DNA of 64,000 nucleotides from Macrostomum lignano (Eukaryota): NCBI GenBank assembly GCA_002269645.1, contig NIVC01000346.1, positions 237,081 to 301,080 of the forward strand, read 5' to 3'. Shown piece by piece: positions 1 to 11,551 of this stretch (position 1 is its first letter; each line of letters starts with the position of its first letter). The notes under the pieces were generated by a model. It saw only the letters and a program-made list of their open reading frames with translations, ran no database searches and was not told where the DNA came from. The position numbers and the translations under genes were made by a program.

Positions 1-181
1 ACGCCGTTTGTTTTTGCGTACCTGTCCTCCAGCATCTGCGACTTTGTGTGCTCAAGGGTCAACACAATAGACATTATTAAGCGATCTTCTTGAGCCAACA
101 ATCTTAAGCCTCGTGTTCTCTTCAATAGAATTTCTAGTTCCTACTAAAAGATTTCATCAAGTCCAACGCAACTTGTCCTAG

Positions 182-691
182 GTGGCCGATTTCCTTGGCT
201 GTTTCGATTTCTCGCAAGTTCACGCGCACGACAAATTCGGCAGCGCTGAGCAGACTGAACGGCAGCTCAACAAGGCCATGCTGAAGCGGATGCGGGATCG
301 AGGCAAGCAGCTGGCCAGCACGCACGGAGGCGGTCATGGTAGCCACGGCAGCCACAGGGACGGCACGCACTCCGCTGGCTCCCTAGCCGTCCCAAAGTCC
401 GCGCAGTCTTCGGAGAGAAGCTCCATCCGGAAGAAGAAAGGTCGAAAGTTTAACGACGACAATCAGCTGACGGTCGGATCCAATGGCGACACGGTGCACT
501 CGGCGACATCGCTTGGCGGCATCAGCGGCTGGAAACTGCGGGCAGCCGTGGCCAAGTCGCAGAAGCTTCGATCGGGCAAAGCTGAGAGCAGCCTGAACGA
601 AGAGCCAACACAGATCACGTTTGTTCGGGCAGCAGGTAACGTCCCGGCGGTTGCTGTGGTCGATGCTGACAGCGGAACAGATGTGAAGTGA
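182..691 (+). CDS. Terminal coding exon of an unidentified gene that starts upstream of the window (His/Ser/Gly-rich, basic C-terminal tail)
   Basis: AG acceptor at 180-181, 169 open codons with GC-rich coding-like composition, TGA at 689-691, AATAAA at 817-822. No family recognised. Confidence 0.55.
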   Translation: MADFLGCFDFSQVHAHDKFGSAEQTERQLNKAMLKRMRDRGKQLASTHGGGHGSHGSHRDGTHSAGSLAVPKSAQSSERSSIRKKKGRKFNDDNQLTVGSNGDTVHSATSLGGISGWKLRAAVAKSQKLRSGKAESSLNEEPTQITFVRAAGNVPAVAVVDADSGTDVK

Positions 692-1394
692 ACTAACTGA
701 GTTTGTCCTGTTTGATATCAAATAGTATAGTATTTTTATTTCGTATATTGCGAGCTACTCCACTAAGAACTGCACCCACCAATCAAGCAAAAATGGCCGT
801 CCATATTTTACAAACAAATAAAGCCGAGACCCGTTGAAGCACTATTTAGAAACGCAGTATTTGTATTTCATTATATTCTGTGAATCTCTGCTCCAGTGTA
901 TTTTACTAATTTCTGTAGTATTTCCGTATATGTAATTCTTTATAGTATGCTTAAAACTTGATAAGTTGCGCTTGTTTTAAAATACTCTTATTTTGTACTG
1001 CGATTATAAGTTCTACAGATACGATTGTAATTTAATTTTGGTTCATTTTGTGCGTGGCTTTGCAGGGAATATACAGTATTGTGCATATGCGTATTACCAG
1101 TCTGTATATTATATCAGTAAAATTAGACTTTTGCTTTGTGCAAATCTCAATTGTGAACAGATTTGAAATCGTATTGTCAACTTATCATAGAGTTTCATGA
1201 AATTATTAATGCCGATTCGGTGCTCCAATTTATATGTCAATCCGATTACTGTACGTTGACCGGGGATTAGCGATCTCTTGTTTTTTCAGTGTCACAAGTT
1301 GCTCATGATCTACTTGATGAGTGACCTAGGTTATGATCTATAAGACACTTTGGGACAAGTACAAATTAAGGCCATGATCCATCAGATGAGACAC

Positions 1395-1500
1395 GGGCCG
1401 CAGCCCAGTGGTGTATCGCGGTGCTCTGATGTGCCAGCGGCCCAGGCTCGATTCCAAGTGCAGTCACATTAATTTGGGGCTAAATTGGAATCTCACGAGT
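1395..1500 (+). mobile_element. tRNA-derived SINE-like head, family B, copy 1
   Basis: A-box-like CAGCCCAGTGG and B-box-like GGCTCGATTCC. Shares CTCTGATGTGCCAGCGG(C/T)CCAGGCTCGATTCCAA...GCTAA(A)TTGGAATCTC with 31247-31345. Confidence 0.45.
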
Positions 1501-2201
1501 CGCATCTTGAAAAATTGAAAGACCGGTGTCCTATTACAGTTTTATATGAGTCTAAGTGAAGTGCAAGTTTACATATATAGGTCTATTTAGCCTCGGTGCA
1601 TCAAGTATCAGACATCGATTATTCTAAGTCACCTACTTATACGACTGCTAATCCTAAATGTAGCTTTGCAAATATCGATAATCCAAAACGTAACACTGCT
1701 GGTCCTGTCAAAATCGCGCCCCTCGAAGTTTTCGTCAGATGAATATAAACCCCAAAGTATTCTGGGAGAAGCAAACTGAGTGGCTGGTGGAATTTGCAGG
1801 CTTTGAATTTGAATACATTATTAGTCTGAGCCAAGTTGCCCTCTGAGTAAAAGTAGACTATCGTATTTGCCATTCAGACACGTTAGAAAGGCATTTAGGA
1901 GTTTATTGCTATACTACAAAAGCTTTTCATTGACGACCTGGAAACCCGAACTGTACTGGCACAAATTTCCGCATCGAGCTGAAGATTAACTCCAATGAGA
2001 CATCTCCGATACCGTTTAGGACTAGATTCATCACGATCTCATGTTCTAAACTTCAAATAAAGAAGCATTCTCGGTCGAAGCTCGTAAGTGCAAAAATGAT
2101 TTACCCTTAGTTGCAAGTTCGTAGTGCAGAGTAAATGCTTGATTTCCAGACAAAAGCTTCTTAAATGAAAAATATTTTTAATGAGGCCTAGAGTTAAACT
2201 A

Positions 2202-3519
2202 CGAGGGGTGATCAAAAAGTTCTGCAACCTTTTGTTATAGCTTTTAGTTATAGAATCGGGAAAAGCCAAAAACTTACACATATGCAGCTGTATCTGTTTG
2301 CTATATTTATATGCAGTTTTGGCTTCCAAATGTGCTCCAGTAAAATTTCACAGCCATATATTTTCCAAGTGTTTTCAGTAGCTGATGGAAACAACAAAAG
2401 ACAGTGTTCGCTTCTATATCTTTATGTGCATGCAACTTGGTTGCAAAGTGACTGAGATTCACACCGATCTGGTGAATGTTTTAGCTGACTCTGCTCCATC
2501 ATTTGACATGGTTGCCCGCTGGCTGCACCATTTCTTGGAAGGCTGGGACAGCTTCAACGATGAACCGAGGTCTGGCTGACCCCGGACATCCGTGACCGAA
2601 GATGTCGTGGCCCATGCCGATGCAATAATTCGTGAGGATTGGAGCATTATGCTAAGATTCATTGCCTATGAGCTTGGTGTCAGCTGTGGAAGTGCTCATA
2701 ACATCATGCATGAGCAACTAGGCCGCACAAAGACCTGCGCTCGGTGGGTACCCCATCTTCTCACTCCGGAGCAGCAAGCAGAGAGGGTGCGCATCTGTCG
2801 CTTGTGGCTGCAAATTTTTGAGCCCCACGGCCCACGACGACTGTCGGATGTCATCACAGGAGACGAATGTTGGATCTCCTTCTTTTACCATGAAGGATAA
2901 GCAGTCCAACATGGTCTGGCTGGCAGAAGATGAGCCAAGGCCTGAGGTGCTGAAGACCGGATTCCGCAGTCGGAAGCGGATGTTCACCATTTTTTTCAAC
3001 TCTCAGGGTGTTGTATCGGTGAACATCCTTCCAGCGGGTGCCACAGTGACTGCCAGGTACTACACAGACACTGTTCTGCCAGGCGTGCTGCAGGAGCGGC
3101 AGGAACGTGCGCGAACCAGGCATGGACCTCGACTCCTGCTGCACCATGACAATGCGGCACCGCACAGAGCGGCATCAACCATGGCGTACCTGGAGCAGCA
3201 GGGGGTCCGGCTGCTGCCCCATCCACCCTACTCTCCAGACCTAGCACCTTGCGACTTTTGGCTGTTCCGAGGATCAAATCCGTCATTTCTGGGAGGCCGT
3301 TTTCACGCATGCAAGACCTTGCCCAAGCGGTACATTCAGCTCTACAGGGCATACCAACTTCGGAGTACCAGGACTGCTTTCAGACATGGTGCACACGGAT
3401 GCGACGGTGCATAGATAGTGGTGGAAAGTACTTTTAGGGAATGTGACACTGATTAGACGCCTCGGCTGCTGTAGCACAGAGTTGTGAGGTCACTTGCAGA
3501 ACTTTTTGATCACCCCTCG
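2202..3519 (+). mobile_element. Tc1/mariner DNA transposon (mariner D,D34D), full length, inactivated
   Basis: Perfect 26-bp TIRs CGAGGGGTGATCAAAAAGTTCTGCAA at 2202-2227 and 3494-3519, with TA TSDs at 2200-2201 and 3520-3521. Contains transposase motifs. Confidence 0.97.
2385..3437 (+). pseudogene. Mariner transposase, disrupted
   Basis: WVPHLL, ITGDECW, HHDNA and YSPDLAPCD motifs, with 34 residues between the last two Asp. In-frame TGA at 2577-2579 and frameshifts near 2885 and 3270 split it over four ORFs. Confidence 0.95.
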
Positions 3520-4697
3520 TACGTGCGTGGAGACATTATTCTTGGCACGTGCACGAAAATTGTGCTCTTCTTGTCCAGGATTAGCTAGCTCCCAAGGCAC
3601 AACTTCCTTGTGCGTGTATCCCTTGTAAATCTTTTATCTTACATCTTCAGGTCAGCTGGTATCTGCACAAATGCCGTCAGAGCAGCGATGTATTTCAAGC
3701 ACAAGACGCGTGAAAATATACGTAGAATAAAAAATTAACATAGAAATCTAATTTTCTGAACAAAATTTTTATAAATATCGATAGAGCAATAAAAAAGGCA
3801 CAACAGATCAAAAGATGAACACTGGATCTGCCTCCTATCAAAAGTAATAGCAATTTTTGTGCTGAAAAAATGAAGATTTCCTATCTCCGTAGTGTATTTT
3901 TTCGGGAAAAAGTGCCTTCAAAAATTTTCTAAGAAACGAGGCTTCCCGTCCTTCTACTTGAGTCGTCCTTGCTTAAAACGTCCTCAAGACTTTATTTCTG
4001 TATCTATACTGTAACCGTACGTACATTGATTGCATTGTGTAAGGAGAAAAGAAGTTAAGCAGGATTCTTGCAGCAGAGTCGGAAAGACAAAAACATAAGT
4101 GATAAACAGGCAGAGCGAAAGAAAACAGTACTATGAGCAAATAAGCAGGAAGTAATATAGCAAACATGTCAAGTGATAGAGGAGAGGAGTCATAGGCTCG
4201 ATCGCCAGAAGAATATCTAAAAATTCATGAAGATTATTGTTCTGTGCAACCGATTCCGCACAGATAGACCATGAAGCTCGTCGCGACTAGCCTTTTCGAT
4301 GTGTTTAGAACGCAGGAGGAAAAAGAATTCGGCAAAGAAGGAAATTAGCTGCGGTCCGTGGTTGTTGCTTAAACTGTTGCAGGTCAGTGAGTCAATGAGT
4401 TGCAAGTCCATTGCCAGCGCGAAAGAAGATTTATATTTACTGAGAACATTTTTATCGACGACGGCAACTGAGTCTGGTGGCTGAGCGATTTTGTCTTGCT
4501 TATAGTTGATACATGCATTTTCTAAGTGTGATATGTCTTATATTTCTGAGCATCGGCTTTGTACACCATTCTAGCCACAACTTGTGCCATAGATTAAAAA
4601 GCTTGGTGACCGGAGGGGGTGGGTGGATTCTAAAAATCGGCTTCAGATTTTCATCCTTATCGGCACTCTATACTAGGCGACCTCAATACTCTTTGGG

Positions 4698-5085
4698 AGC
4701 AACCAATTTGAGAATTTTGGCGCGCTATTAATCCTTTCCACAGTTGTGCAAGCCTTAGACAATAGAAAATAACAGATTTCATTAGACAGACAGATATGGC
4801 AAACGAAGAATTTAGCGAGCAGAGCAGTGACGAAAGTTTTGCTATAGCCCAAGGTGCAGTGGATGAGCATCGTGAGAGACACGATTGTTCTCGGCTTATA
4901 CTGTATGCCATGGTTTTGCCTTTGCCTGTTTTGATTGGTTTCTCAGAAATCAAAGTGTTAATGTCAATAGTTTTTTGATATGCCATCTATTTGCAGACGT
5001 TATTTCAGTGAACTTATTCGTAAAAGATATACGAGCACTGTGAAAGGGATTAATTGTGCGCCCAGATTCTCAGATTGGTTGCTCC
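4698..5085. repeat. Imperfect ~48-bp inverted repeats around a ~290-bp spacer (MITE-like), with an adjacent small hairpin at ~5138-5200
   Basis: GGAGCAACCAATTTGAGAATTTTGGCGCGCTATTAATCCTTTCCACAGT pairs with ACTGTGAAAGGGATTAATTGTGCGCCCAGATTCTCAGATTGGTTGCTCC. No TSD identified. Confidence 0.5.
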
Positions 5086-6289
5086 ATAGACCCCCTTTTG
5101 GGCCATAGACAATGGATAAATAATCAGAGGTCCCAGTGCGTGACAACGATTGTCTGCCGAGCGCCGGTAGGCGCGAGCCATAGACAAATCGTTGTCACGT
5201 GCTGCGATCGCTGATTCTTTGCATTGTTATGCTGCTTGACGATCCTACACACAGTGCATTGTTTGTAGTAATATATTTTTCTGCATAAAAAATGTGAATA
5301 ATGATCATCAAAGGCAACAGCTAATAAAACTAAAATACAAGCTACACGAAATGAGTTCGTGATAAATTATGTCGCAGTGCACTTAGTCAGTTTTTAGTCG
5401 AAATTTGACGATGTAATAATCAATTTCTCACCCAAAGCGGTAGTTCTCAAAGATGCTCGACACTTTAGACTCATGATTTAGCACTGCAAAGAGGAATGCG
5501 GCAGTTCCGGTATGTCTTCATTATTGCCTTGGTCGTTCTCCAGCCAATGAAGGAATTCAGACAATAGCGTTGCTGCTAAATAAACTTTCTGTATGTCGAG
5601 TAAGTCTGCCCATTTTGCACTGATGTTATTGAAGTTACTTGTGACATCTGAATTGATCCGAGGTTCTTTGCCATAGACACTTATTGGCACTCGGCTGGCG
5701 AGCTGAATGCATGCGTTTCTGCTATGCATGACAGATTTGAAGTTACTTTTCACCGACTTGAAGTGGAAAGGTATATTTTATGCTCCAAAAACTTCAACAG
5801 ATATTAAAAATTTGATATCGGAGAGAGACATGTATAAATAATTTATTGCTCAATTTTTTCTCATTCAAAAAGTAGAATTGTCAGTAGAGCTACCAAAAAG
5901 GGACTTTATAGTTAAATAAACTACATGTACACAACATGGTAGCAACTTTGTCACCTGGTGCCAGTGTTGAAGCTCCAGAAGCTCTGCCTGAGTAAAGGCC
6001 AGTGACCAACAAAGTCAGAGCTGATGCAGACACGTGGTCGACGTTCTGATGAAACTTGGAGGCTCGGCGAGGCCAGGTTGAGACGCAGTGCTGATTGGCG
6101 CACAGGGGTGTACTAAATACACTAGCGCGCAAAAATCCGAACTTCTGGAAGAATTTTTGAATATCTCGACGTGATTCTTGATGAAAAGGTGCGCAACAAA
6201 AGATCTAACCGTGTTTTTGGATTTCGTGTGCCTGCGATGCTCCGCTCCGGTGCAGAAAAATTGTCACGGGGGAATTTCCTCTCAGGGTA

Positions 6290-6440
6290 TCTGATGGCGT
6301 CTGAGCAAATCTCTCTTCTCCCTGAGCATATGGCATCCGAGCATGTGATATCTAAGCATTTGGGATCTGAGCATATGGTAATCTGAGAATATGGTATCTG
6401 AGCATATGGTATCTGAGCATATGGTATCTGAGCATATGAA
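6290..6440. repeat. 15-bp minisatellite (ATCTGAGCATATGGT), degenerate toward its 5' side
   Basis: Direct reading of tandem units. Confidence 0.85.
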
Positions 6441-7054
6441 CAGAAGAGTATAATAAAAATGTGCATGCAAACACGATAAAAAATAAATAACATAGGTTCA
6501 AACTGGTTTCAGCTCACACAGTTAATCTATAAACCAAGCGACCCTGAAAGTTGTTAAATAAGTTTTTAAGTAGACAGTTTGCGAACACGCCCAAGTCCAA
6601 AAGTGGCATTGAACTCTACTGCGAACTCTTATAGCAATTTCAGTTGAGAACAAAAGAGCCTGCTGCTCATTACTCCCAAGACCAGCTAGCGCCACTGGGC
6701 ACGTTGCGACTCAAACCAGCGCAATTTTAGCTATTGTCCTCAAACTACTTGAGAAGCTCAATAAGTGCTATCTACTCGTATAATACATTGCATGCAGGCA
6801 ACAAATTCAATGCAAAGCTGAGCTACTCTCAAATGGACTGTCAAAGAATAAGGCCAATGCAGTAGCATTCAAGTTCAATTCCCTTAGGGCCTTGGCAATG
6901 AGTGAAGAATGGACAATAAAGCTAATATATGGCTAGGACAGTCGGGGTTGGGGGTTTAACCATTGAAGGAAATTTTTAAAGACCGGAGCACGTGAAGGGG
7001 ACACAGTGGACCCCCCGCGTTCCAACGACCGGAAAAACGTGCTGATTTCTACAC

Positions 7055-7062
7055 TATAAATA
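7055..7062 (+). promoter_or_regulatory. TATA box of the peptide-precursor gene
   Basis: TATAAATA about 100 bp upstream of the ATG at 7160. Confidence 0.7.
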
Positions 7063-7159
7063 CAGGGCCCTTGGATGCCCAGCGGACAACCAAGCAGCCA
7101 AGGCTAGATAACTCTACTCCAGCTTCTCAGCTTCATCAGGCTACAGCTACAAGTTCATC

Positions 7160-7396
7160 ATGAGGTGGCAGTTTGTTCTCGGACTCCTGCTGTGCGCAGC
7201 TCTGGCCGCCGCCAGGCCCAGCAGCCAGGAGATGTCGGAGGAGGACACCAAAGCGATGGCGGCGCTGGAGGCTCTGGCTGACTTGGACGAGCCGGAGATG
7301 ACGGACGAGAGGGCCGCTCAGCTGCAGAAGAAATTCCGCATCAGAATCAGGTGGGGGAGGGTTGCCAGAAATGTGTTAAGGCTCCTTGGCAAGTAA
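7160..7396 (+). CDS. Secreted prepropeptide, 78 aa; predicted cationic amidated antimicrobial or cytolytic peptide
   Basis: Signal peptide MRWQFVLGLLLCAALAAA, acidic pro-region, dibasic KK, Arg-rich FRIRIRWGRVARNVLRLL, terminal GK amidation signal. Upstream TATA box and AATAAA at 7756-7761. Confidence 0.8.
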   Translation: MRWQFVLGLLLCAALAAARPSSQEMSEEDTKAMAALEALADLDEPEMTDERAAQLQKKFRIRIRWGRVARNVLRLLGK

Positions 7397-8064
7397 GTAG
7401 ACTGCAGTCAGGTACTCCGCTGCACCCACTGACCTCGGACACGGACCGGACACCGCCCATGATTGCCGGATTTCAACTCTGGGACTCAATCTGAATATTT
7501 GTAGTTGCTAACTATGTACTTTATTGTTGGCTGAAATATATAATATTAACTGCACTGGAATTAATTTTGTACCTGAACAAATTACTACCGACAAAAACTT
7601 AAATCTTTTTCGAGTTTTGAGTTCAAATTTTTTAATTCATTAGCATTGGTATATGCGGTCTAGAGACCCGCAGCTTTGATACATTCAAGCTGAGCAATTT
7701 ACTCAGCTTTTCAAGTACTCATTTACTAAGGCAAAACATTTGCATTGCAGCAAGCAATAAAATTTACATCCATTTTTTTATAACATCAGTGCAAAATGGG
7801 AAGACTTACTCGACATACAGAAAGTTTATTTAGCAGCAACGCTAAAATCGAAGGCTCATTTTAGGTATGGATCCAGCTAGTCACAAAATGACTCAGTAAA
7901 ATCATGAGCTGGTGTGTAAACTAATGAATAACAATTAGTGTTAGTGAAGTGAATTCTAGCTTTAAAAAACATGATCGAAAAAATGCATTTAATGGGAAGG
8001 GAGTAATACATTCCACACAATTTAATAGTCTCTGATTGATGGAAAATGACAGAAGTCTCGCATC

Positions 8065-8469
8065 ATGATTAAAACTTTCATTATACAAAACAAACGGAAA
8101 TGCACATGCGGCTCGCCTATTTACATTGCCTCGCAACTAGGCCATCATGCTGTGTTTAATTTACTCTTAAAAGCGCAAGCAAACGTTAATCTGCAAACTG
8201 ACACGAGGCTGTCTCCGCTCTTTATTGCGTCACAGAATGGTTACCATGAGCTGGTTGACTCACTCATAAACGCTCAAGCTGAAGTCAATGTCAAAGACTC
8301 CGAAGGCTGCACGCCAATCTACATTGCGTCGCAGAACGGTCACTATGGCGTGGTGTTGTCCCTCGTCAGGGCTCATGCTGACTTTGAAGCGAGAACTGTT
8401 ACGGGTGAGACTCCCCTTCTAATTGCAAGCGTCAATGGACATCACCGAGTTGCTGCCTTGCTTGAATAA
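8065..8469 (+). pseudogene. Ankyrin-repeat gene fragment (about 4 repeats), with further decayed repeats to ~8870
   Basis: Repeated (S/T)P(I/L)(Y/F/L)IAS(Q/V)(L/N)GH/Y motifs. Abrupt stop. Ankyrin-like remnants RGHYDNIV (~8560) and SLHAGSHRGQYGLL (~8810). Confidence 0.7.
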
Positions 8470-9409
8470 ACTATTCAGACACTGAACCAATTTACTGCCA
8501 AGTGCTACCGCTACAATTCCGCCTCTACAACATTTATTTGTCTTCGTTCGCTCTCGAGGCCACTACGACAACATCGTCACAATTTCCAGTTCTGGAACTC
8601 AAACCCCTGTCCCTCTTGTGTATGATCTGTGCACTATGTACTCTTTTTAGTGTACGATAATTTCTCTCCTTCTAGACAATTTTTTTTCACTCTCGTTTTT
8701 ATCTGTATTTTTCCAATAAGCTCAATTATGTCTTTTTATCTCGCTCGATGCATTCTCTCATCTTTTAGCTGTTATTTTTATAGTTTAGGAATGAACTAAT
8801 GGCCAAGGCGAGCCTCCACGCTGGCTCGCACAGAGGCCAGTATGGCCTTCTCCATCTCGTCAGCCTCACGAGCTGCACTGATTCCGGCACATCTGGTTGC
8901 CATGGGAACCGGGTTTGGAATAATAGCTTAGTGTTCGAGGCTACAGGACAGTATACTGAAACACAAAGAATATTCAAGTTGCGATGTGCGAATTATGGCT
9001 TTTATTTGTCAAAATATTTCCGAATATTTGCATATTAAATAATGATACATTTACAGAGGCAGACTGTAGATTTAAAAAAAATTTACAGACAAAACTGATA
9101 AAATATTAACACTTGTATGGATAAAAAATCCAACGATTTAGTCAAATTTAGTTTCTATTTTGATATGAGGTCACAGTATCATCAGAAAAACAACACTAGT
9201 CTAAATTTTATTTTACACACTAGCTAACACAAACTTATTGGTAAAACTACTGATCAGTAATAATAAAGTTTATAATTAGATAAACAAGGAATGAAAGATG
9301 TGCAAGTGATAGATTCATGTTAAAAATTGTTTGTTAATGCAGTACTTCATGTATTTCATTGAAAAGTATTTTTTATTAGCAATTTCCATGCAAAATCGAA
9401 AATAACTTT

Positions 9410-9508
9410 ATTAAAACTTTTATTATACAAAAAACGGAAATGCACACGCGGCTCGCCTATTTACATTGCCTCGCAACTAGGCCATCATGCTGTGTTTAAT
9501 TTACTCTT
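9410..9508 (+). repeat. ~100-bp duplicate of 8068-8168 (5' part of the ankyrin ORF)
   Basis: Near-identical sequence CGGAAATGCACA(T/C)GCGGCTCGCCTATTTACATTGCCTCGCAACTAGGCCATCATGCTGTGTTTAATTTACTCTT. Confidence 0.9.
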
Positions 9509-11370
9509 TACTCTTAACTTTAAAATACATGTCAATGAAGAAAATAAAATACTAATGAGAGTCAATATTTAATAGAAGTTGAGAACAATATTATACAAAT
9601 ATAAAATACAGTGATGCAAAAACAGTTGCATAAATACAGCAAATACTATAATTTTAAAAAAACTTTAAAAGCCTAACAGATTGGCAAAACGATTTATTTT
9701 TAACCCCATATTTCCAGCGAAGTCAAAAAGCCGCCCATTATTTGCTTTACTAGCTATGCATTAAAACAAAAAGAAAAGCTATTAAATACCTTTATTCTTG
9801 TAGAACAAACTGTTTATCGCTCTCGTTTATTGAGATAAATAGGCAATTCTTTTCGTAAAATAAACACTACCCCTTCTCTCCATGTTTTTACGATTTATCA
9901 AACATCTCGTAATAGCTAATGCTAGTCTGGTAGAATGCTTGATTTTCAAGTTCGAAATAATTTGTGATGCAGCCATGGAGGCCCAGGCTATCGCCCTATA
10001 ATTCCATATTATTTTTCCTTTTTTTCTTCACTTTTTTATAGTTGGTGCTTTCCGGAAAAATCCTTGCACCTGAATAATATCTATTTGGAGATTAGGGGGG
10101 GGGGGTGTTGTTGGCTTGTCCATTCGGCAGATATCGATTTAAGACGGCTCGAACATTTTTATCACCAGCCTAATAGCACGGAGGGACTTTTTATGTTCGA
10201 ATGTTCAAGGAAATATCCTGTATTAATTACTTCAGGGCATTGTGAGTCGTTCATGCACATGGTACATGTACATATGGTACATGCATACACGTAGCCAGCC
10301 ACTATGTAAAAAAATCAACTAAAATTATGTTTAGATACGCTAGCTACCAAACGCTATTTTTAGCTCTTTTACTATATGTGCCTGGAAAATACATGGTAAA
10401 ATAAACTGGCCTGATCCTACCCGTAGCTATAGCTACACTACCATTGTAACTGTGTGTATCAAGTCTTTGTTAAAAATATTCTTTCACAGCAACGCCTGAC
10501 AGTATTGCCATGCATAATTATAGTATTGTGGCGGCCAGTATGTACGCGACCGGCAAGCACCAGTGCAGCCGCACTTGAAACCCCCAACCTCTGTCTATAG
10601 CTGACATGGGGGGTGGGTGCACCAGATTACTCGTACATGCAGCCGGCTCGGTAAGCCGGGCAGGGGTTGGCGAAGTTTGTCACGCCATCTTTTCGCACCT
10701 CCCTAGGCCCCTCAATCTCGCGCTGTTTGTAAATATATAAATATACGCGCAAAGCTGCACAAAATCTTCGCTGCCATTCCATCTATTAAAATTAAAGGTC
10801 TTCCGCCTCACATTATGCATAAATGCAGCAAAATTTTTATTCCCAATTTTAAACATTTACGTCGTACGCACATATAGTGTGCTGCAATCCCAGACAGTAT
10901 GCATCATAGTTTATCGGCAGCTTTTAGCTCGCATGCAATAAAAGTTCGGTATTCAACAAATTAGTGCAGTATACATGTAGATGCCACGCACTTGGGCTAC
11001 TTTCCCATTGCTTCGATCGTGCCTGCACAAAAAGGTCGCAGTTGCTGTGTGCGACAAAGTGCTTGCAAAAAAGCAAGGATGAAGGCTACATGTACATTTC
11101 CTGTAATGCTGATGTTTCCTTTCTGTCTTTCTCCGGAAAATTTGCCGCATCGCTGCGTAGAAAGCACTCTTCCAGCCTGCATCAGCACTTGCGAACAGGA
11201 AATAGAATTTTTGTTTTTTGGCTGTATATGAGTGGTAGCTGACTTGCCTTGGCTGCGGTATGGAGACCTGAACTAGAGGAAAAAGCATACGATTGCAAGG
11301 CAGCAACCTTCCCAGCGTTTAGTAACAGCAAAACAAAAACTAAAGCTGAAACAATGGTCTACGTTCTATA

Positions 11371-11551
11371 CGAGGGGTGTCCAAAAAGTAGTTCTGGGTA
11401 TAACTTTTGTTTTCTGGTATCAATTTTTAAAATTCAAAAAGCAGTCTGCAGAAGAAATTTTTCGCTATCAGTTCATAAAATTTTAAATCACAGGAAGCTT
11501 TAGAACGAGAGCTACGGTTAAAAGTATCACTACTTTTTGGACACCCGCTCG
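11371..11551. mobile_element. Mariner-derived MITE, 181 bp
   Basis: TIRs CGAGGGGTGTCCAAAAAGTAGT and ACTACTTTTTGGACACCC(G)CTCG. TA TSDs at 11369-11370 and 11552-11553. Confidence 0.9.

Noticed and set aside
5478-5753. Possible Crypton/DUF3504-like fragment (EFLHWLE...IPELP)
   Set aside because: The resemblance is short and no further recombinase motifs were found.
6122-6493. QIPYA/CSDTI-repeat ORFs
   Set aside because: Translation of a 15-bp tandem repeat.
8896-8909. RFX X-box GTTGCCATGGGAAC
   Set aside because: A good motif match, but it lies in decayed ankyrin-like sequence with no identifiable promoter nearby.
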